The notes: generated by a model not told the origin, from the sequence alone. Counted from the whole stretch's first letter, positions 11,500 to 26,030 are shown. The stretch is DNA of 63,394 bases, filler included, from Lenisia limosa (GCA_001655205.1; 12 parts of 12 records of this genome joined end to end with filler, not necessarily neighbours in it), one strand, 5' to 3'. Numbers and translations are program-made.

Positions 11500-13658
11500 N
11501 NATGGCGATTTTGAGCCATTCAATTCCCATTTTCCGTCAGGAATATGATTGCTCATTTTCTCCAGGTTCCTCGGGAATGGCATGGAGCATTTTCTCGGTT
11601 GGTTTGCGATGCCGTGTCATTGAAATTACATGCCCACCTCCGCTTCCTTCATAATGATGGCCAGGCCCTTGACCATGGCAATACTCTCAACAAGAGCAGT
11701 CCGATCATCAAGTGTGTAGTTGTAGCGGACCACCTATACGATGAAATGAGTCAGTTCACTTTGAAGAACCTTTTCGTATTCGAGAACGTCAACACCCTCA
11801 TGAAACGTGACAGTAGGGCGGCTATATTTCCAGGCCGAACTCTCCATCAGCCATGCGCTCCATTGGGCCATGAGTTGCAGCCCCTAAGTGTTAGTATAAC
11901 AGGTTTCAGAATCCTATTCTGCTCTGTTCAAATGATAGCATACCTGAAGCACAAAGTCATAGTAGCCCCTCAACTCAACAGTAGAAGGTGACTTCCCTGC
12001 CTCCTTTGCAAGCTCAATCTGAAAAAATAATACAGTTTTTTTTGTTTTGTATTGCAATGAGAACCAACTACACAAAATGTTAAATAAGTAGTTAAGAGTG
12101 TTCATTTGGGCATCTCCATTCTCCCACCTCTCTCAACATGCAAGTCCACTTTGAAGTGAAAGCATCATGCTCAGTCCGGATAACCTTGACATGATTGATC
12201 ACCTAGTTGGGGTGATGTTGTTGGCAAAGGCAGAACAAACCTCATATTCAAGAGCCAGCTTTTCGTCAGTGATGATCTTGCCATCATAATGAGGCGAGTT
12301 CTATTTTGTCAGGAATTATGATACAAAAGATAAGGATTGGATGAAACATCAGAAATAGCAAGCCAACTTGGAGATGGGCAGTTGATGTGATGTGCATATC
12401 ACCGAAAAGAGGTACAACAGGGTGCTTCTGGAAGATACGACGGAAGCGGTCGAACTTCAGCCTCTTGGACTTGAACACATTCTCAGTCCTAGATTATTAA
12501 TATTAAACTGCGGAACAAAGAGGGGAAAAAACAAACAAAAAACAACATTCTTCACTAAAAACACACACAAAAAAAAAAAAAAAAAAAAAAAANNNNNNNN
12601 NNNNNNNNNNNNNNNNNNNNNNNNNNNNNNNNNNNNNNNNNNNNNNNNNNNNNNNNNNNNNNNNNNNNGAATGGGATGACGCGAAGAAGCGTGTGCTTCT
12701 CTTCAGGAAGGACCCACAGGCCCTCTTCGAAAATATCAGCAGCCATTTGAAGGATAACGGCAAGAACATCTTCGAATCTAAAGGTAAGATACCTTGACGA
12801 TCCCAAAACACGTACCCCTTTATTTTCTTGAGCTCAGCCTTGAGGTCCATGATGATTTTGTTTTGAGTGGCAAGCCATTGCGTGATAGCTCCAATCTTCA
12901 TAAGCTCTTCCATGCTGTTGGGGATTCGGTCTTTCAGGAACTGGAAAGCACTACATATATGATTATTTACACCAACATACCGTTTGTAGTTCGAGGAATC
13001 ATTAATGAGCCCGGCTTTCATATTCTTAACTGTGTCAATAGTCATAATCACGTCAAGAAGACTGCAGAGGTACCAAATCAACTCTTCCGACACACTTTCA
13101 ACCTCACCTAAAAAAATGAGGTGGGTAAAGACGCTTTTACGTTCTTTTTTGTCCACTGGTGCTGAGAGGTTGCTGACTACACTTGAAAAGAAAGCTACAG
13201 CTTCTTGACAATAAGCTTCAAGTGATCTGAGCTTCGCAATTTGGGGTTCAAGTACTTCATAAGAGTTTTCATAGATAGCAGCACGGTTAACATCATCTTC
13301 ACCTTTCACCTATAATAAAAAGTAATTTCATGCAATATGCCTCTTACCTGTGGAAGGCCCTTTGAACAAGAACGATAAGTGTAAAGCATGGAGACAAATC
13401 CTCGACCTTTCTGAGCATATTGCTTAAGCTTTGCGAGAGTCTCTGATTCAGCAGTGAACTTACTTTCAAAGACACCTCGGTCAACAAAATTGTTTGAGAT
13501 GGAAGAATCTGGGAAATAAGCAAAAAAAAAATTGGAGAATTTGAGGTGGGAGATAGCTCACCAAAATTAATAACCGAAGAGGGTCCTTCAATAAGAGCAA
13601 CGTTATCACTAAGGGGAATTTTGGTAAGCTCTCTAATTTTATCATCTGGAACAGCCAT
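11500..13658 (-). CDS. CYFIP: CYFIP/Sra1/PIR121 subunit of the SCAR/WAVE complex, 5' part only
   Basis: ATG at 13658 (MAVPDDKIRELTKIPL..LIEGPSS); NRAAIYENSYEVLEPQIAKL, DTVKNMKAGLINDSSNYKR, HPVVPLFGDMHI, AWKYSRP, VVRYNYTLDDRTALVESIAMVKGL match CYFIP1/2 motifs in order. Confidence 0.93.
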
Positions 13659-13896
13659 TTTGCAAGATATCACAAACTGACCGCAAAAAACCTCTCTCCC
13701 TGTTCGTTATTCTTGGCTCCCGCGAACCCCTGTTCAACTAGGGTAATTCACCCTCCCCCCCCCGGGATTCCTGAAAATGGGCTGCCTTCGAAGGAAACGT
13801 CAGAAATCGGTTCGGAAACGGGATGGATATGTTTTAAATACTGTATTAAGTATATAAAGCGCGAGAGAGTCGAGCGAAGGTCATTCTATTGCTATA

Positions 13897-14560
13897 TCAT
13901 ATCATATATTCAACCCATTCTTCAGCTTTAAGCTGATATATCCGAAGCAACTTTCCCACTTGGAACTCTCCTTTAACTGTTATTCTGAGGTGGAGGACTA
14001 TTCTTCCATTCTCTTTCTTGTACCCCATACAGTATTCCTTAAAAACAAAAGGTCTACCGATAGTTTCACGATAAACATTGATCAAGAGCACATCTGACCT
14101 TTTCCTGGGGGAAAGCATGGGCAGGTCAGACATTAACATAGTCACTGTGTGGAAGTGTGATTAGGATATCCCAGTTTTACCCAATTTCTGTTTTAATGGA
14201 GCAAGCTTTTGAGATTCTATCTTGAATCTATCAAAAACGTAAACAAAGAAAATATATTGAAATTAGTGTTACCAGAAAATAGCTTTTCAACGCGTTGATC
14301 TGAAATCAGTAAGGAGGACTACTTGCAATAATTAATTAAAACATTCTCATAATCGAAATGAAAGGTGCAATAACTCAATTATTCACAAATACCTACACAC
14401 ATACACACATGGGCATAAAAGGTCCAATTAGCAAGAAAGTTGAGAGATAAATGAAACGGATAATTATGGAAGTATTAGACGGTAGGAAGCTTGTCACAAT
14501 AGGAGGAAGGAACCAGGTATTTAAATACAATCCCCAGTATACACTGCCTTGAAGGACATA
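13897..14560 (-). CDS. C-terminal exons of a hypothetical protein
   Basis: ORF 13897..14145 (NVYRETIGRPFVFKEYCMGYKKENGRIVLHLRITVKG...) with coding-like composition; possible upstream exon near 14400-14550. Confidence 0.35.
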
Positions 14561-15282
14561 CCACATATGTATATACATGTAATGGACTTCTCATAGTAAT
14601 CAAAGAGAAACCTTTCATAGAGTTGAAATCTGTAAAACCCACTCGAAAAATACAAAATGAAAGAACAAGGAAAACATTCAGATAAAATGTGACTTTTCAA
14701 CCAAAGATTGAAAATAACAACAACCTCTTTAAGACGTGCAAATATTATACTATTCGGAAATAATAATCAAGTTAAAAATGTAATGATAGTCTGAATCATT
14801 GTGTATCTTCTACTGAAATGTCCAATTAACAACTTTTATTAAACATTCTTATGTGGCCGTTTAAAATTCNNNNNNNNNNNNNNNNNNNNNNNNNNNNNNN
14901 NNNNNNNNNNNNNTTAATTAATTAANNNNNNNNNNNNNNNNNNNNNNNNNNNNNNNNNNNNNNNNNNNNGATAATCACCCTTACCAAAAAAAATTTGCAA
15001 CTGAGGGAAATCCAACACATATTATGTGTACGTAATTATGTATACGTAGGCTGGGTGGTGACTTTTGTATACGTAGGCTGGGTGGTGACTATTTTTGTTT
15101 TGAGTTTAATTTTGTTTAGTCTACTGTCTGCCCCAATTACTCCACAAGCATCACGGCGTTTTTTGTCGCGAACACCTTACGGTATGAAGAACAGTTCAAA
15201 TTTTGCTTCACATTCCTCAACATCTCACTAAGTTCTTCTTATTTGTTCAGGTTCAGCTACAGCTCACTCACGTCACCATCGA

Positions 15283-17624
15283 ATGGGGCCTGATATCTCC
15301 GAAAAAGAAAAACTTAAGCTGTAGGTCTGGCTGTTTTTAATAACAATAAAGAGCCCTGACGTGTCCCTTTGTACCTGTTTCTTTCCCTAATTCACTAAGA
15401 ATGGAGCAAAGAACTAGAATAAAAGAAAAGGCTGAGGCTAACAAAAAGACGCATCCCGAATCAACGAAGACGTCAAAGCTCTTTGGTAGGTGTCGAATGG
15501 TTACCTAGATTTGAATGGGAGTGGTACAAAGTAATTCCACAGGTGACCAAGATCGAAGCAGACGAAGCACTTCAGTTGGTAACTCCATCCAAGTGCGAAT
15601 GGAAGCGGAGAAGGAGCGCGAGAAGGAAAAAGAGGCCAAGAGGGCAGCAAGGAAAGAGAAGCCTGGTGTGGCACATTCTCGGGTCAAAACAGACCAGCCA
15701 AAGGAAGCCATAAAGACAAGCCATATACCCAAGGTGGAAAAGGAAGATAAACAAGTCCGAGAAGAGAGGGCTAAGGAGGTACCACCAGCCAGACAAGACG
15801 TGACGGTCAGCTCTTCTCAAAAGGCTACAAAACCAGAGGTCAGGGAGAAGGACAAAAAGGAGGAGCGAATGAAAAAGTTGCAAGAGTATCGCACACGTGA
15901 TGAAGCAACTAACCGTGCTTCTCGAGATGAGTTTGTGAGAAGACGAGAAGAAGAAGAAATGCGAAAGAAGAAAGCAATTGAAGAAGAGCAGAAAAGGAAA
16001 ATTGAGGAAAGAAACAAACTTAAAGCCAAGGCTGCAGAAGAAAAAAAGAAAAAAGATGAAAGGGTGCGGATTGAGGCAGAAGAAAAAGAAAAGAAGCAAC
16101 AGGAAGAGGAGGAAAAGCGAAAGAAAATCGAAGAAGAAACTAAAAAACAGAATGAAATTGAAATTAAGCGCTTAGCTTTGGAGAATAAGAAAAAAGAAGA
16201 ACAGAGGATTCAAAGAGAAGAAAAAGAGAAACAGATACTTGCTGAAAAGAAAGAAGCAGAGAAAAAGAAGAGGAGAGAATTGAGGAAGAAGGAAGAAGAA
16301 AAGAGGATTAGGAAAGAGCAGGAAGCAGCAAGACAACAACAAGAAGAAATGAAAATGAAGGAACAAGAAGAGTTGAAAAAGAAAAAAGCAAAGAAAAAGA
16401 AAGAAGTAGAACTGAAGAAGAAGCAAGATGAAGAGCATAACAATAAGGATGATGATGAGCCAAAAGAAGAAAGAAGAACAAGAGCTAGTATTAAGAAAGA
16501 AGAGCAAGTGAAGATTAAGGAAGAAAGAGGAAAGCAGAAGGAAGAGATGAAAAAACAAGCCAACAAGCCTCTTCTGCTGAAGCGAAGACCAGAAGGTTTG
16601 TTTTGTGTTTTTGATTGTCATTTTCCACCAATTGACAAAATGAGACATCCAACCCCTCCCCTTTTTTACGGTTTTTTGATGGTATTATGGAATGGATTAT
16701 CATAGCTGGAGATACTAATCCCACCAAGGCACTGAGCTTACTCCCGAAGCTAAAAAGGCGAGGTCATATGCAATTGCTGATATTTTCAACCAAATGGATG
16801 CGGAAATAAGCATCAACTCAAATAAAGAGGACAAGGCCTACGTTGCACGGCTCACGTCGAAGGAGTTCAAACAGAGCTGTCTAAAATGGTCCAAAATTAT
16901 ACAAGAAGTTAGCTTGCGGCTAGTCTACATAAACTCTGTTACCTGTAGTCTATTGTTGTTTCTTGATTTATTTTTTGCTTGCACTTCACGAAATTGGTAA
17001 TAATGCAGGAGAATTACGACTTCCTTCTCACTCCCTTCGCCAAAGACTCTTTTGTAAAGTTTCGATTGGTAAGACGCCTTTCAATAGGCCATATGACACT
17101 TTAGAAATGTGTTGATATTGAGAACATTGTCGAATGCTTCCAAAAGCCCGTTTCTGAGTACTATGGTAGGGTGGCTACATTCAGTGACCGCAGGAACCTT
17201 CTTTTTTACGGATCTCTCTTTTTGGTAATTCGATGTTGGATTTGCATTGTAGTCATGTAACTGCTTAGATTACACCAACATTGTCAAGTCCCCAATGTGT
17301 CTGGATATCGTCGCAGCAAACGGCAAATCAAGCAACTACGCCAGCAACCTTGGTAAGGTTATTATGTTTCAGACCGGATACTAATTACATTAGACCTGTT
17401 TGAAGACGTTCTTCAGATTCTGAAGAATGCGACACTCTTTCATGGCCGAAACAAGTCTTATTGCCATCCATATGTTTGCAAGCCTGGCCTTTTTTTTATA
17501 TATAGCTACATGTATATTTTCTGATATTTTTGTTACATATTCTAGCTTCAATTGGTACCTATTCACTCTCTTCAGATTATCGGATATGCACTCTATCTCG
17601 TCAAGAGTTTGTTTGACATTTTAA
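15283..17624 (+). CDS. Lys/Glu-rich coiled-coil protein with C-terminal bromodomain
   Basis: Long K/E/R exon (about 15523-16594); later short exons give CFQKPVSEYY..DYTNIVKSPMCLDIV..NYASNL..DLFEDVLQILKNATLFHGRN|KLSDMHSISSRVCLTF-TAA, a bromodomain pattern. Confidence 0.75.
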
Positions 17625-17785
17625 ATAAATAGCTCTGTGTATTTTTTTTTTTTCTTATTTGTTTCATGTTCAACTGTGTGACTATGGTCCAGGTTTTTGT
17701 TTTTTTGTTATATTAGGCTACTATTTATGTTTCACTTTTCACCCAAAGAAACACGAAATATAAACATAAAATAATGTAGGCAAGA

Positions 17786-20700
17786 TTAGTACATCTGAAC
17801 TAGAAGAAGGACTGCCAGTACTGACCAGCCAGTGAAGGGGTAGTTGTTGCCTCTGAAACTATGAGATATTCCCTTTGCCTCACCCCATTCCGTCTTCAGG
17901 GCGATATGTCTCCCAAATAGCTCCTTCAGCACCCTGGGCATTCGTCCACATTGTGTCGGTAATGAGACTTTCAAGCTTGGGGATAAGACTTTAAGAAGAC
18001 CTAACCCTATTTCGAAGTTCGCGTGCTTCTGGGAACTCGCTTTCATATGATTTCAGACCCCGAGCACAAAGATACTGAAATGAAATTAACAAAGGTAATT
18101 GAAAGAGGTTCTAGGGTTCTAGTATTGCTTTACTTCTGAATCGTACCTGTTGGTTGACCCAGACATTGCCGCGCCAGTAGTCTCCACGACGGTCATAGTC
18201 CGGGGAGTCAGGGGAGAGAGACATCATGCCAAATGGTGACATTAATTTGGACATGGACTTGATCTCAGAAGTAACAAGAATACAACGGTGTCCAACCAAC
18301 CTGTTGTTTTATGCGAAAAGTGTCCGTTTCAAGACCAAGACAAGTTGGTAAGACTGATGCAAATCCAAGCTAGAAAGTCAGCGGAACAATGATGAATATT
18401 CACAAACCTGATGAACAGGACTACCAAGGCCATCCCCATAATGGTCGAAATATGACCCATCTTTGGCATCCTAAAGCGTCAGTCTCGGAGTTTCCAACTT
18501 ACCCAAAGGTTATTTTGCATGACAGTGACGCACTCATGGTGTTTGTGATAGTACGGTTCCGCTTGTGAACTGTCGGTGACATTGTGGAGATACGACATGG
18601 CCCGATAGGCCGCGCACATCCATGCCTAGACCTCGTAATGGGTGCATGACAGAGAGAAGGTTGTTCAAATCCCCAACCTGTAAATCAATATGAGCTTCGG
18701 ATTCAAGCGGCTCAAAATGGCGAGGGTAGTCATCAAGCCCCCTAAGTTGTAATGGAAATAGGCACTTTTACAAATGATATGCATACCATATCATGTGAAC
18801 ACTTTTAACATTACATATCATATGCATATCATATCATGTGTAACACTTCCACAAATATGAAACCATGCCAAAGTGGAAGTGGGGACTCACGAGTCCAACG
18901 CGCCGTCGCCAATGCGACCCCTCCATCGCCACGTGCCAGGGACATTACCTCCCAGATGCTCTTCGTACCTGAATGTGTAACATACAACCCAGTCCATGAT
19001 TACATACACTCAGCATATTACATCCCCAACCATGAAATTAGGATATCAAGGTTCGGCAACACGGAAGGAAGCCATTTCGGGTTGAGACCATTGAGGTGTC
19101 CCTGTTTATGCAGTTGTTCTATTGTCAGAAGGTAGATTGGAGGGTTCATTTCTGACGTCTAAAATAGTAACCAAGACTTCAGAGGAAAATTTCCTTGACT
19201 AGTGGAACTCCTCTCACCCTTCCTGCCCATGCCCATTCTGAGACTCGGGTGTGCGCCTCATCACCAATGATCTGTTCTCTCGCCAACCAGCCGGTCGTCG
19301 CATTTTGGAGACTCATCCAACTGTCTAAGTGAACATCGGATGCGATAAATAGGTATAAAAGGGGGAAATGAAACAGTAGTACCTGGCTAATAAATGACAA
19401 GGTGCCAATAGAAACAAACCTGTCAGTGACGGTTGCAAATAACTGAGGGTTCACTGCACCCACTACCATTTGATGGAAGGCCTCGTCCCTTTGGCAGTAA
19501 GAACCATGGAATTAACATGTTTAATGTGTATCAACAAGGCACACAAAGTTGCCAATGACAATGATTACAATGTAGGTTGATAGAATGAAGCAAAAAGCGA
19601 CAATAAAACACAAACTGATATGGTACAAAGTCGGCACATTACTCACTCACCAGAAAAAGGGGTGTGGGAAGCCGAACTAGAATGTGAAATTAACTCGGTT
19701 ATATTTCTCTCTTACCTTACACGGAACCATAGAGAGCAATTTACCATCATTAAGAGGGTAGGGTTTTCCACCTGGAGTCGTAAACAACAAAAGTCCAATA
19801 AATTGGTCCGATGTTTTGAATATTTTCAGACTATCCTACCAATGCTATCAACTGCGGTACGATGCCCTGCGAAATATGAGAGACCTGCCAATACCGAAGA
19901 AACCATTTCCCTTCCAAACGACTTCGGAATATCTGAATCATAACAAATTCAGGTAAGGTCTCATTTCAAATTAATAAAGGGAAAATCTCCCAACCTGATT
20001 TCCAGTTTGTGAAATTCAAACGATTCTCAATAGTCTTATCAAATCTACAAGGTAAGTTTGGTCACACCTTAAGAAGTAACCTACTGCTCAGCTTTTTTGT
20101 TGAAAAGCGCTGTAAATTTACTGAAATCAGTCTAAAGCATCACCGAACAAAGTCATTACTTACTTTACATGAATTTTTATTGGAGTAAAAAGGGCACATA
20201 GTCACTGTCCACTCAAAATTGCCTTCAAACACCTGTATAGTAAAATGCTGTTAAAATGAACAATCGTTCCGTTCATGAGTTGGTCAATAATTGATACAAC
20301 AAAATATATCAAACAGTATTAAGTCGAATATAACATTAAAACAAAAGAATGAAACAAAAGAATGAGAGTAGCTCGAATTCCGAAAGGATCAGCAAACCTG
20401 TTCAATGAGACCAAAGTTTGAAGTTCCGTCGTCTGTCACATTCCTGAGAACTGACCTGTGATTTAGATTCTATAAAGTTACTACCACATTTCACATTCCT
20501 TCACCAACTTCAGTAATATGATCATGATATGGTGCTTTCAATGAAAACACGTTCTCATCCCTTCCCTGGTAAAAGCCAGGTCCGACTAAAAACCGCTTCC
20601 CCTAAAACGTCAGATACCCCTTTCAATCCAACTTCGTATACCTCATGGTCTTACCTTTGCACTAAGAGTTCTTAAATTCCATTCCTTCTGCTGTGAAAGT

Positions 20701-21431
20701 GGAGAGCTCAAGGATATTGAATCCACTGTTTTTGTGTCAACTTTAACTGAACCTCCAGGTGATGATGTTGATACATAAAGGGCAACCTACAGTATTACTC
20801 CAGTCAAGCAATAATGAGCATAAGGCACCCCGCCCCGCTAACAGCCACGACAGGAACAGGCTTTTGTGGTGGGAAAACTCCATTATCTCCATTCTGAAGA
20901 CTGACCATCTAAAAGTGAATCTTACCACCATTCCCACCTTAAACTGAAGACCGAGTTCATCGCCAGATGTGACCCAATTAAACTCAAATCTAGCCGAGAG
21001 CTGGGGGTGACATGCTGGTGTGACTTACTCTATGGATATCGAGAATTGTTGTTTGGCAGAAACTGACTCCATCACAAATAGGAATTTTAATAGAAGTATC
21101 ATCCTACGAGATTACAAGCCCGCCACAATTTACATTACCTGGTAGTTGCATGTTTCACGAATATTGACAAATCCTAGAACATTAAAAAATTATTATCAAC
21201 ACAATCCAGCTTACGTCCTCGTCCACTGTAGTATTCCCTCCAAACAAAAGTGACATAAGACGGCTTGTCCTCAACTGTCTGGAGGCCAGCATAAGTTGCT
21301 GGTCGGTTGATCCAAAGTGGGTTTACCCCATGTTCGAAGAGAGTATTCGTCGGTGCCGCCTGTACTTGGCTTATTATCAATAAAAATACGATTGAGCACA
21401 CGGAAGAATCGAGAAATCCTTTAGAAAACAT
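17786..21431 (-). CDS. MOGS: Mannosyl-oligosaccharide glucosidase I (GH63)
   Basis: N-terminal hydrophobic segment; WMSLQNATTGWLAREQIIGDEAHTRV, EMNPPIYLLTIEQL, SGLDDYPR..EAHIDLQ, FGMMSLS..DYWRGNVWVN, YPFTGWSVLAVLL match MOGS/CWH41 motifs. Confidence 0.92.
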
Positions 21432-21817
21432 CTTTTCACTGAAATTGGTCACTCCATCGTTCCCTCCTTTTGTGATAATTTAATTCTATATATATTTCTA
21501 TATTGTTGACTTCTTTCATCGAGTCGTTTTTCGGCGAGGTAAACTTTTAAAGAAGACGTGGAGGTTGCATCTCCCATTATGTTTTATTATTAAAAGAGGT
21601 GCGAAGAATTGATGAATAGCATAGGTTGAGCATAGGTTTCGAATAGGTTTCATCTTGTTATCTGGTTTTAAGGAAGCGGGGTCAGGAAACATTTCAATTT
21701 TTGTTTAAAATCAGCTTTAACCAGTGGTATAGCCTTCTCTCTGTGTTTTCCTACTTCCTTAAAGCTAATAACGGATTGGTTTGGTAAGAATTTTGTGGGA
21801 AACAGCTTAAATTCAAG

Positions 21818-24800
21818 ATGCTTTCTCAAGGTCGAGATTTGAGTCCATCTCCACCACCATCAGATGCATCAACTAATGCCTCCACTTCCCCAATTCCGAT
21901 ACGTCCACTTCCTGTTCAATCACATACGCAAAAACCAATTCAGCGTTCTATCACGTCAAGAAGTGATGGGTTGGTGGTTGAGTATGGACCTTTTCTGAGA
22001 GGATTCCTGATATTCCAGGTTGTCCAGAGGTGACAGCAGAGGAGGGGCTTTCCAATTAGAAGAGGATGGTATTGTACCCACCCCATCTGGTAGGAATCCA
22101 TTATTGTGTCTGTTGACTTTTAGCCTTCGGGTTGTCTCCCTCATCCCCCCCTGTGCTTTCTCGTCCTGACAGTAGGCTGGTTCCCTCATGGAAAACACGC
22201 TTTATGGATTTTTTTCTCAATAGATATTTTTTTGGAATGATGCATATTTGATAGTCCCACCTTTATTTTGGATAACTTTAAGAGCTAAATGTTGACGTTT
22301 CAGGTGCATCGTCTGCACATTTTGACTCCCTCCAAATGCCCCCGCCAACCCTGTCGCCAGCAGCGTTTTCGGTTAGACCTATTCTCTGTCTAACATTTAG
22401 ACTCCTTTGCAAGTGACGGTAAGACCAAGGTCAGCGTCCCAGCTGTCGAGCTCCTACATTGTGGCAACCTCGCCTGTGGACGAGGAGGTGGGATGAATTT
22501 CAATGTTGTCTTTATTCTGATAACTGTTCATCGTCATTTATCATTAATTAGCCCTGTGAAGCAGCGCCGACCGTTTATGTCAAGGAGATTGACCCATGTC
22601 TCTTCTGTGCTGTCCACAACGGACCGATGAAGAACCCGGTTATTAGTATGAAGGGCTCAGGCGTGGCTTGGTAATTAGATCTCGTTCACACTTTAGTCAC
22701 AACATGCGGACATACGTTTTGTAGAAGCTGTTTGGATGTTTGAGGGTATATTTGTATTTGGAGAATTTATCTTTACAAGATACAGTTCGTTCAAACTAAT
22801 TACATTTAGAACCTGACTGCTTGCCCTACCTGTGCTGTCCCATTCTTCCCTGAAAATCTTGTCAACAATCTTGCTCTCAATGTGAGATTACCTTGATTTG
22901 TTCAGATTTGACTCTTCAGGTAGTAGACCGTCAGATAATTTGCAGATATGGCCTGCAAACTGTTATATCACAATTAGGAGAAAGTAGGTTCCGTTAATAG
23001 ACCTTGGGTTACTGTTCTTTCTCATTTGTATGCAGAAGTGTATGTCAGAGACCCCTCAGCCTGCCCCCATGTTATTGGTGAAGGATCTCGACGACTTCAT
23101 GAAGTATGTGCTCTTTTTCTTGGGATGCACTGTTTAGCATTAAGCTGTATGCACATAATTATAAACTTAAGTAATGGTTGTATGTGATTGAACAGAAGTT
23201 TCAATTTCTAAATGGTATTTGTTAATGAAACTTTTTTTTTTTTTTTTNNNNNNNNNNNNNNNNNNNNNNNNNNNNNNNNNNNNNNNNNNNNNNNNNNNNN
23301 NNNNNNNNNNNNNNNNNNNNNNNNNNNNNNNNNNNCCATTTACTTTCAGGATAACTGTGGGTATCGCCCCGGGCCCTGTCCAAACAGTTCAAAATGCGAA
23401 CATATGCCACGAGTGTCATTATCGTTACACCTTTCAGGTTTGTCTTGTTTTCTTATGGGCGAAGAAAAACTGGAATAACTTATATTTTAGTTTGTCCCTT
23501 CACCCCGTGTCGAAATAGCAAATGGGGGTGTAACTTTGTTGGATTGCCTCAGGTAAATAGGGGAAATACTGAAGATAATGAGGTGTATTGTGGAGACCAG
23601 AAACCTTCCACATACTCTCACCCTACTAGGAAGTTCAGAACCATTTAGCATCATGCACACTCCAGCCTTTCAGTAGACATTTCAAGAAGACTGACGATCA
23701 GTTAACAAAGGTACGTACGTACTTGAGTGAATGCCTTATGGTTCAGTTGAGCAATCGGCATTCGGAAAGTGTTTCCGAAATTAGCCAGCTCAGGGCAACT
23801 ATTACCAAGCTTGAAAGTCTCGTCATGTCACAGCAAGGTAAGTTAACTGTCTCAGTTTCTTTTGACTTTGCCAGGGTTCTTAGAGCGAACAGTCAGCAAC
23901 TTGACCAAGATGATTGGGGATAACGCAATGCAAATCTCAACAGTTCGTCTCGATATCCAGTCTTTGGCTGAGAATATGCACGGTATGCTTGACCTTATTG
24001 CTCTTCTGTCAGAAAAGTGTATATATATCACAATGATAAGCGGAGTATTTATTATGACACATGGTGTACATTCCATTGTTGTGTTTATCCCAAATGAAAG
24101 TACATTCCTGTTGCTGACATCTAGGGGACGGGTTGGCCATCCACAGTCAAGCCACCTTGGCTAGAACCTTCAGATGCGCTGGGACTTTCAGTGGTCATGA
24201 GGGTAGGCTCTTTCGTTCCAGTTCTTGTAATAATGCTGCCAATATTCGGAGATTAGTTTAACTCTGTAGGACCTGTTTGGTCTTTCGCCGCTGGAAACGG
24301 CCAGTTGTTTTCGGGGAGTGCCGATACCACAATCAAGGTTTGCGTTTCACTGCAGCCGACTGTCTTTAGATTCATAGCAACCATTACGATTTAGGTTTGG
24401 GATCTGTCAGAGTTCCCGTTCTGCTGCAACTTCACATTAACCGGACACACGGCTCCGATCCACTGTCTGGAGTACCATGACGGAAGACTCTACTCAGGAA
24501 GCGGTGATAGTTCAATCCGAGTTGGAGGGAGGGGGTTACACTAAATGTCTATGAAAATTGACACTGTCATTTATTTACACTTTTAGGTGTGGGACCCTGC
24601 GAAGCCTTCGTGTTTACAAGTTATAGAAGCTCACAAGAGGTTTGAATAAAGAGCAGTTTGTTAGAGAACCTTTCTTTTTGCATTGTATCTTTTATTAAAC
24701 TAGTGAAGTATGCAGCATGTGCATAGCTCATGGGTACCTATTCACTGGAAGTATGAAGGAGATCAAAGTGAGACCTGGGATTAGAGATGCTTGATTCTTC

Positions 24801-25851
24801 TTTTTTTTGTAAAATATCCTCATAACTCCTTTCAATGCTTTGGTTGATTGGTTTTTGTTGTTCTTTTCTTGAGTTGTTTGTTATCATTTCCAGATTTGGA
24901 AGACAAATACGATGGAGCATGTTAGGACGCTGAAGGACTGCAATCACTGGGTATGTGAAGTATTAATTTGTACACACGATAAGCCCTATTCACTGACCTG
25001 TAGGTTCGCGCTCTGGCCGTTGCCGGAAATGTTCTTTACGCTGGAACCAGCAGGGAAATTGTGGTATGTGTTGATTTAATTCAATGTTGTTAACACCCAG
25101 GTATACAGTTTGGAAACATTCCAGGCAGTTAGCACATTGCCATGTCCTGACGGCAGCGTGTATGACATTGTTATTTACGGGGGAAGGCTCTTTGCATCAC
25201 AGCATGACAATACCATCCAAGTAGGGATTCTCACGAGTGCAATGTTGTCTCATGGGTGAGCTCCCATTAGGGTTTCATATTGCTTATCCTCGAAAACTAT
25301 TAATATTTTACCTCTTTTCGAACCTGATTTATCTTCCTAACTCCAGGTGTTTGACATTTCAAAGGGGAAGTTGGACCGAGTTCTTCAAGCACATACTGTT
25401 AGTGGTTTCTGTTTTGAGTTTCAGTTATCTTGGCCTTACGCTCTAGGGAACGGTGTTTGCACTGCATATCGCAGGGCGTTTTCTCTTCAGTGCCAGTTAC
25501 GACACTTCAATTGTGGTAGGTGGATTCTCTTGTAACGTGAACAACGTAATAGAACTGGTGCTCTTTGCTTTGTCAGCTACCATGATTTTTCTTAGGTTTG
25601 GAATCTTCAAACGTTACAGCCAGAACAAACTATTTTGAGGCACTCTTCTGCTGTGGGTTATTGGGAAGTTTCTTTGGAATTTTATGATATAAATATAAGA
25701 TATAGTGTCTGAAGTTTTGGTGCTAGAGGCAAATTATTAGTCGTCTTCGAATGAGGCTAATGTCGTTAATTGTTAGGTTGAAGCGCTGATCTCCTCTCGT
25801 GGCCACCTGTTTTCAGGAAGTAGTGATTCCACTATCAAATGTTTCTGCTGA
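21818..25851 (+). CDS. TRAF7: TRAF7-like E3 ligase: low-complexity N-terminus, RING, TRAF-type Zn fingers, coiled coil, 7 WD40 repeats
   Basis: TTCGHTFCRSCLD..CPTC..LVNNLALN; NCGYRPGPCPNSSKC; PCRNSKWGCNFVG; GTFSGHEG|PVWS..LFSGSADTTIK|VWD; LKDCNHW|VRAL; FSASYDTSIV|VWNLQT; RGHLFSGSSDSTIKCFC-TGA, co-linear with animal TRAF7. Confidence 0.85.
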
Positions 25852-26030
25852 TTTCTTTTCTTTTTGGCTGTGTGGAGCCCTATTTATTAATTGTTTCGGT
25901 ATTCTGATGTATTGTGAGTTTTTATTGCTATTGGGCGTGACATCCTTAAACAGTACAAGAGATACTTCAGGTAATAAACGAAAACCATAGAAGAAAAAAT
26001 AGACTTAGAAACATATCACCATATAAACGC

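Noticed and set aside
15572-16648. Long F/L/S-rich minus ORFs resembling membrane proteins
   Set aside because: Antisense shadows of the A-rich Lys/Glu exon.
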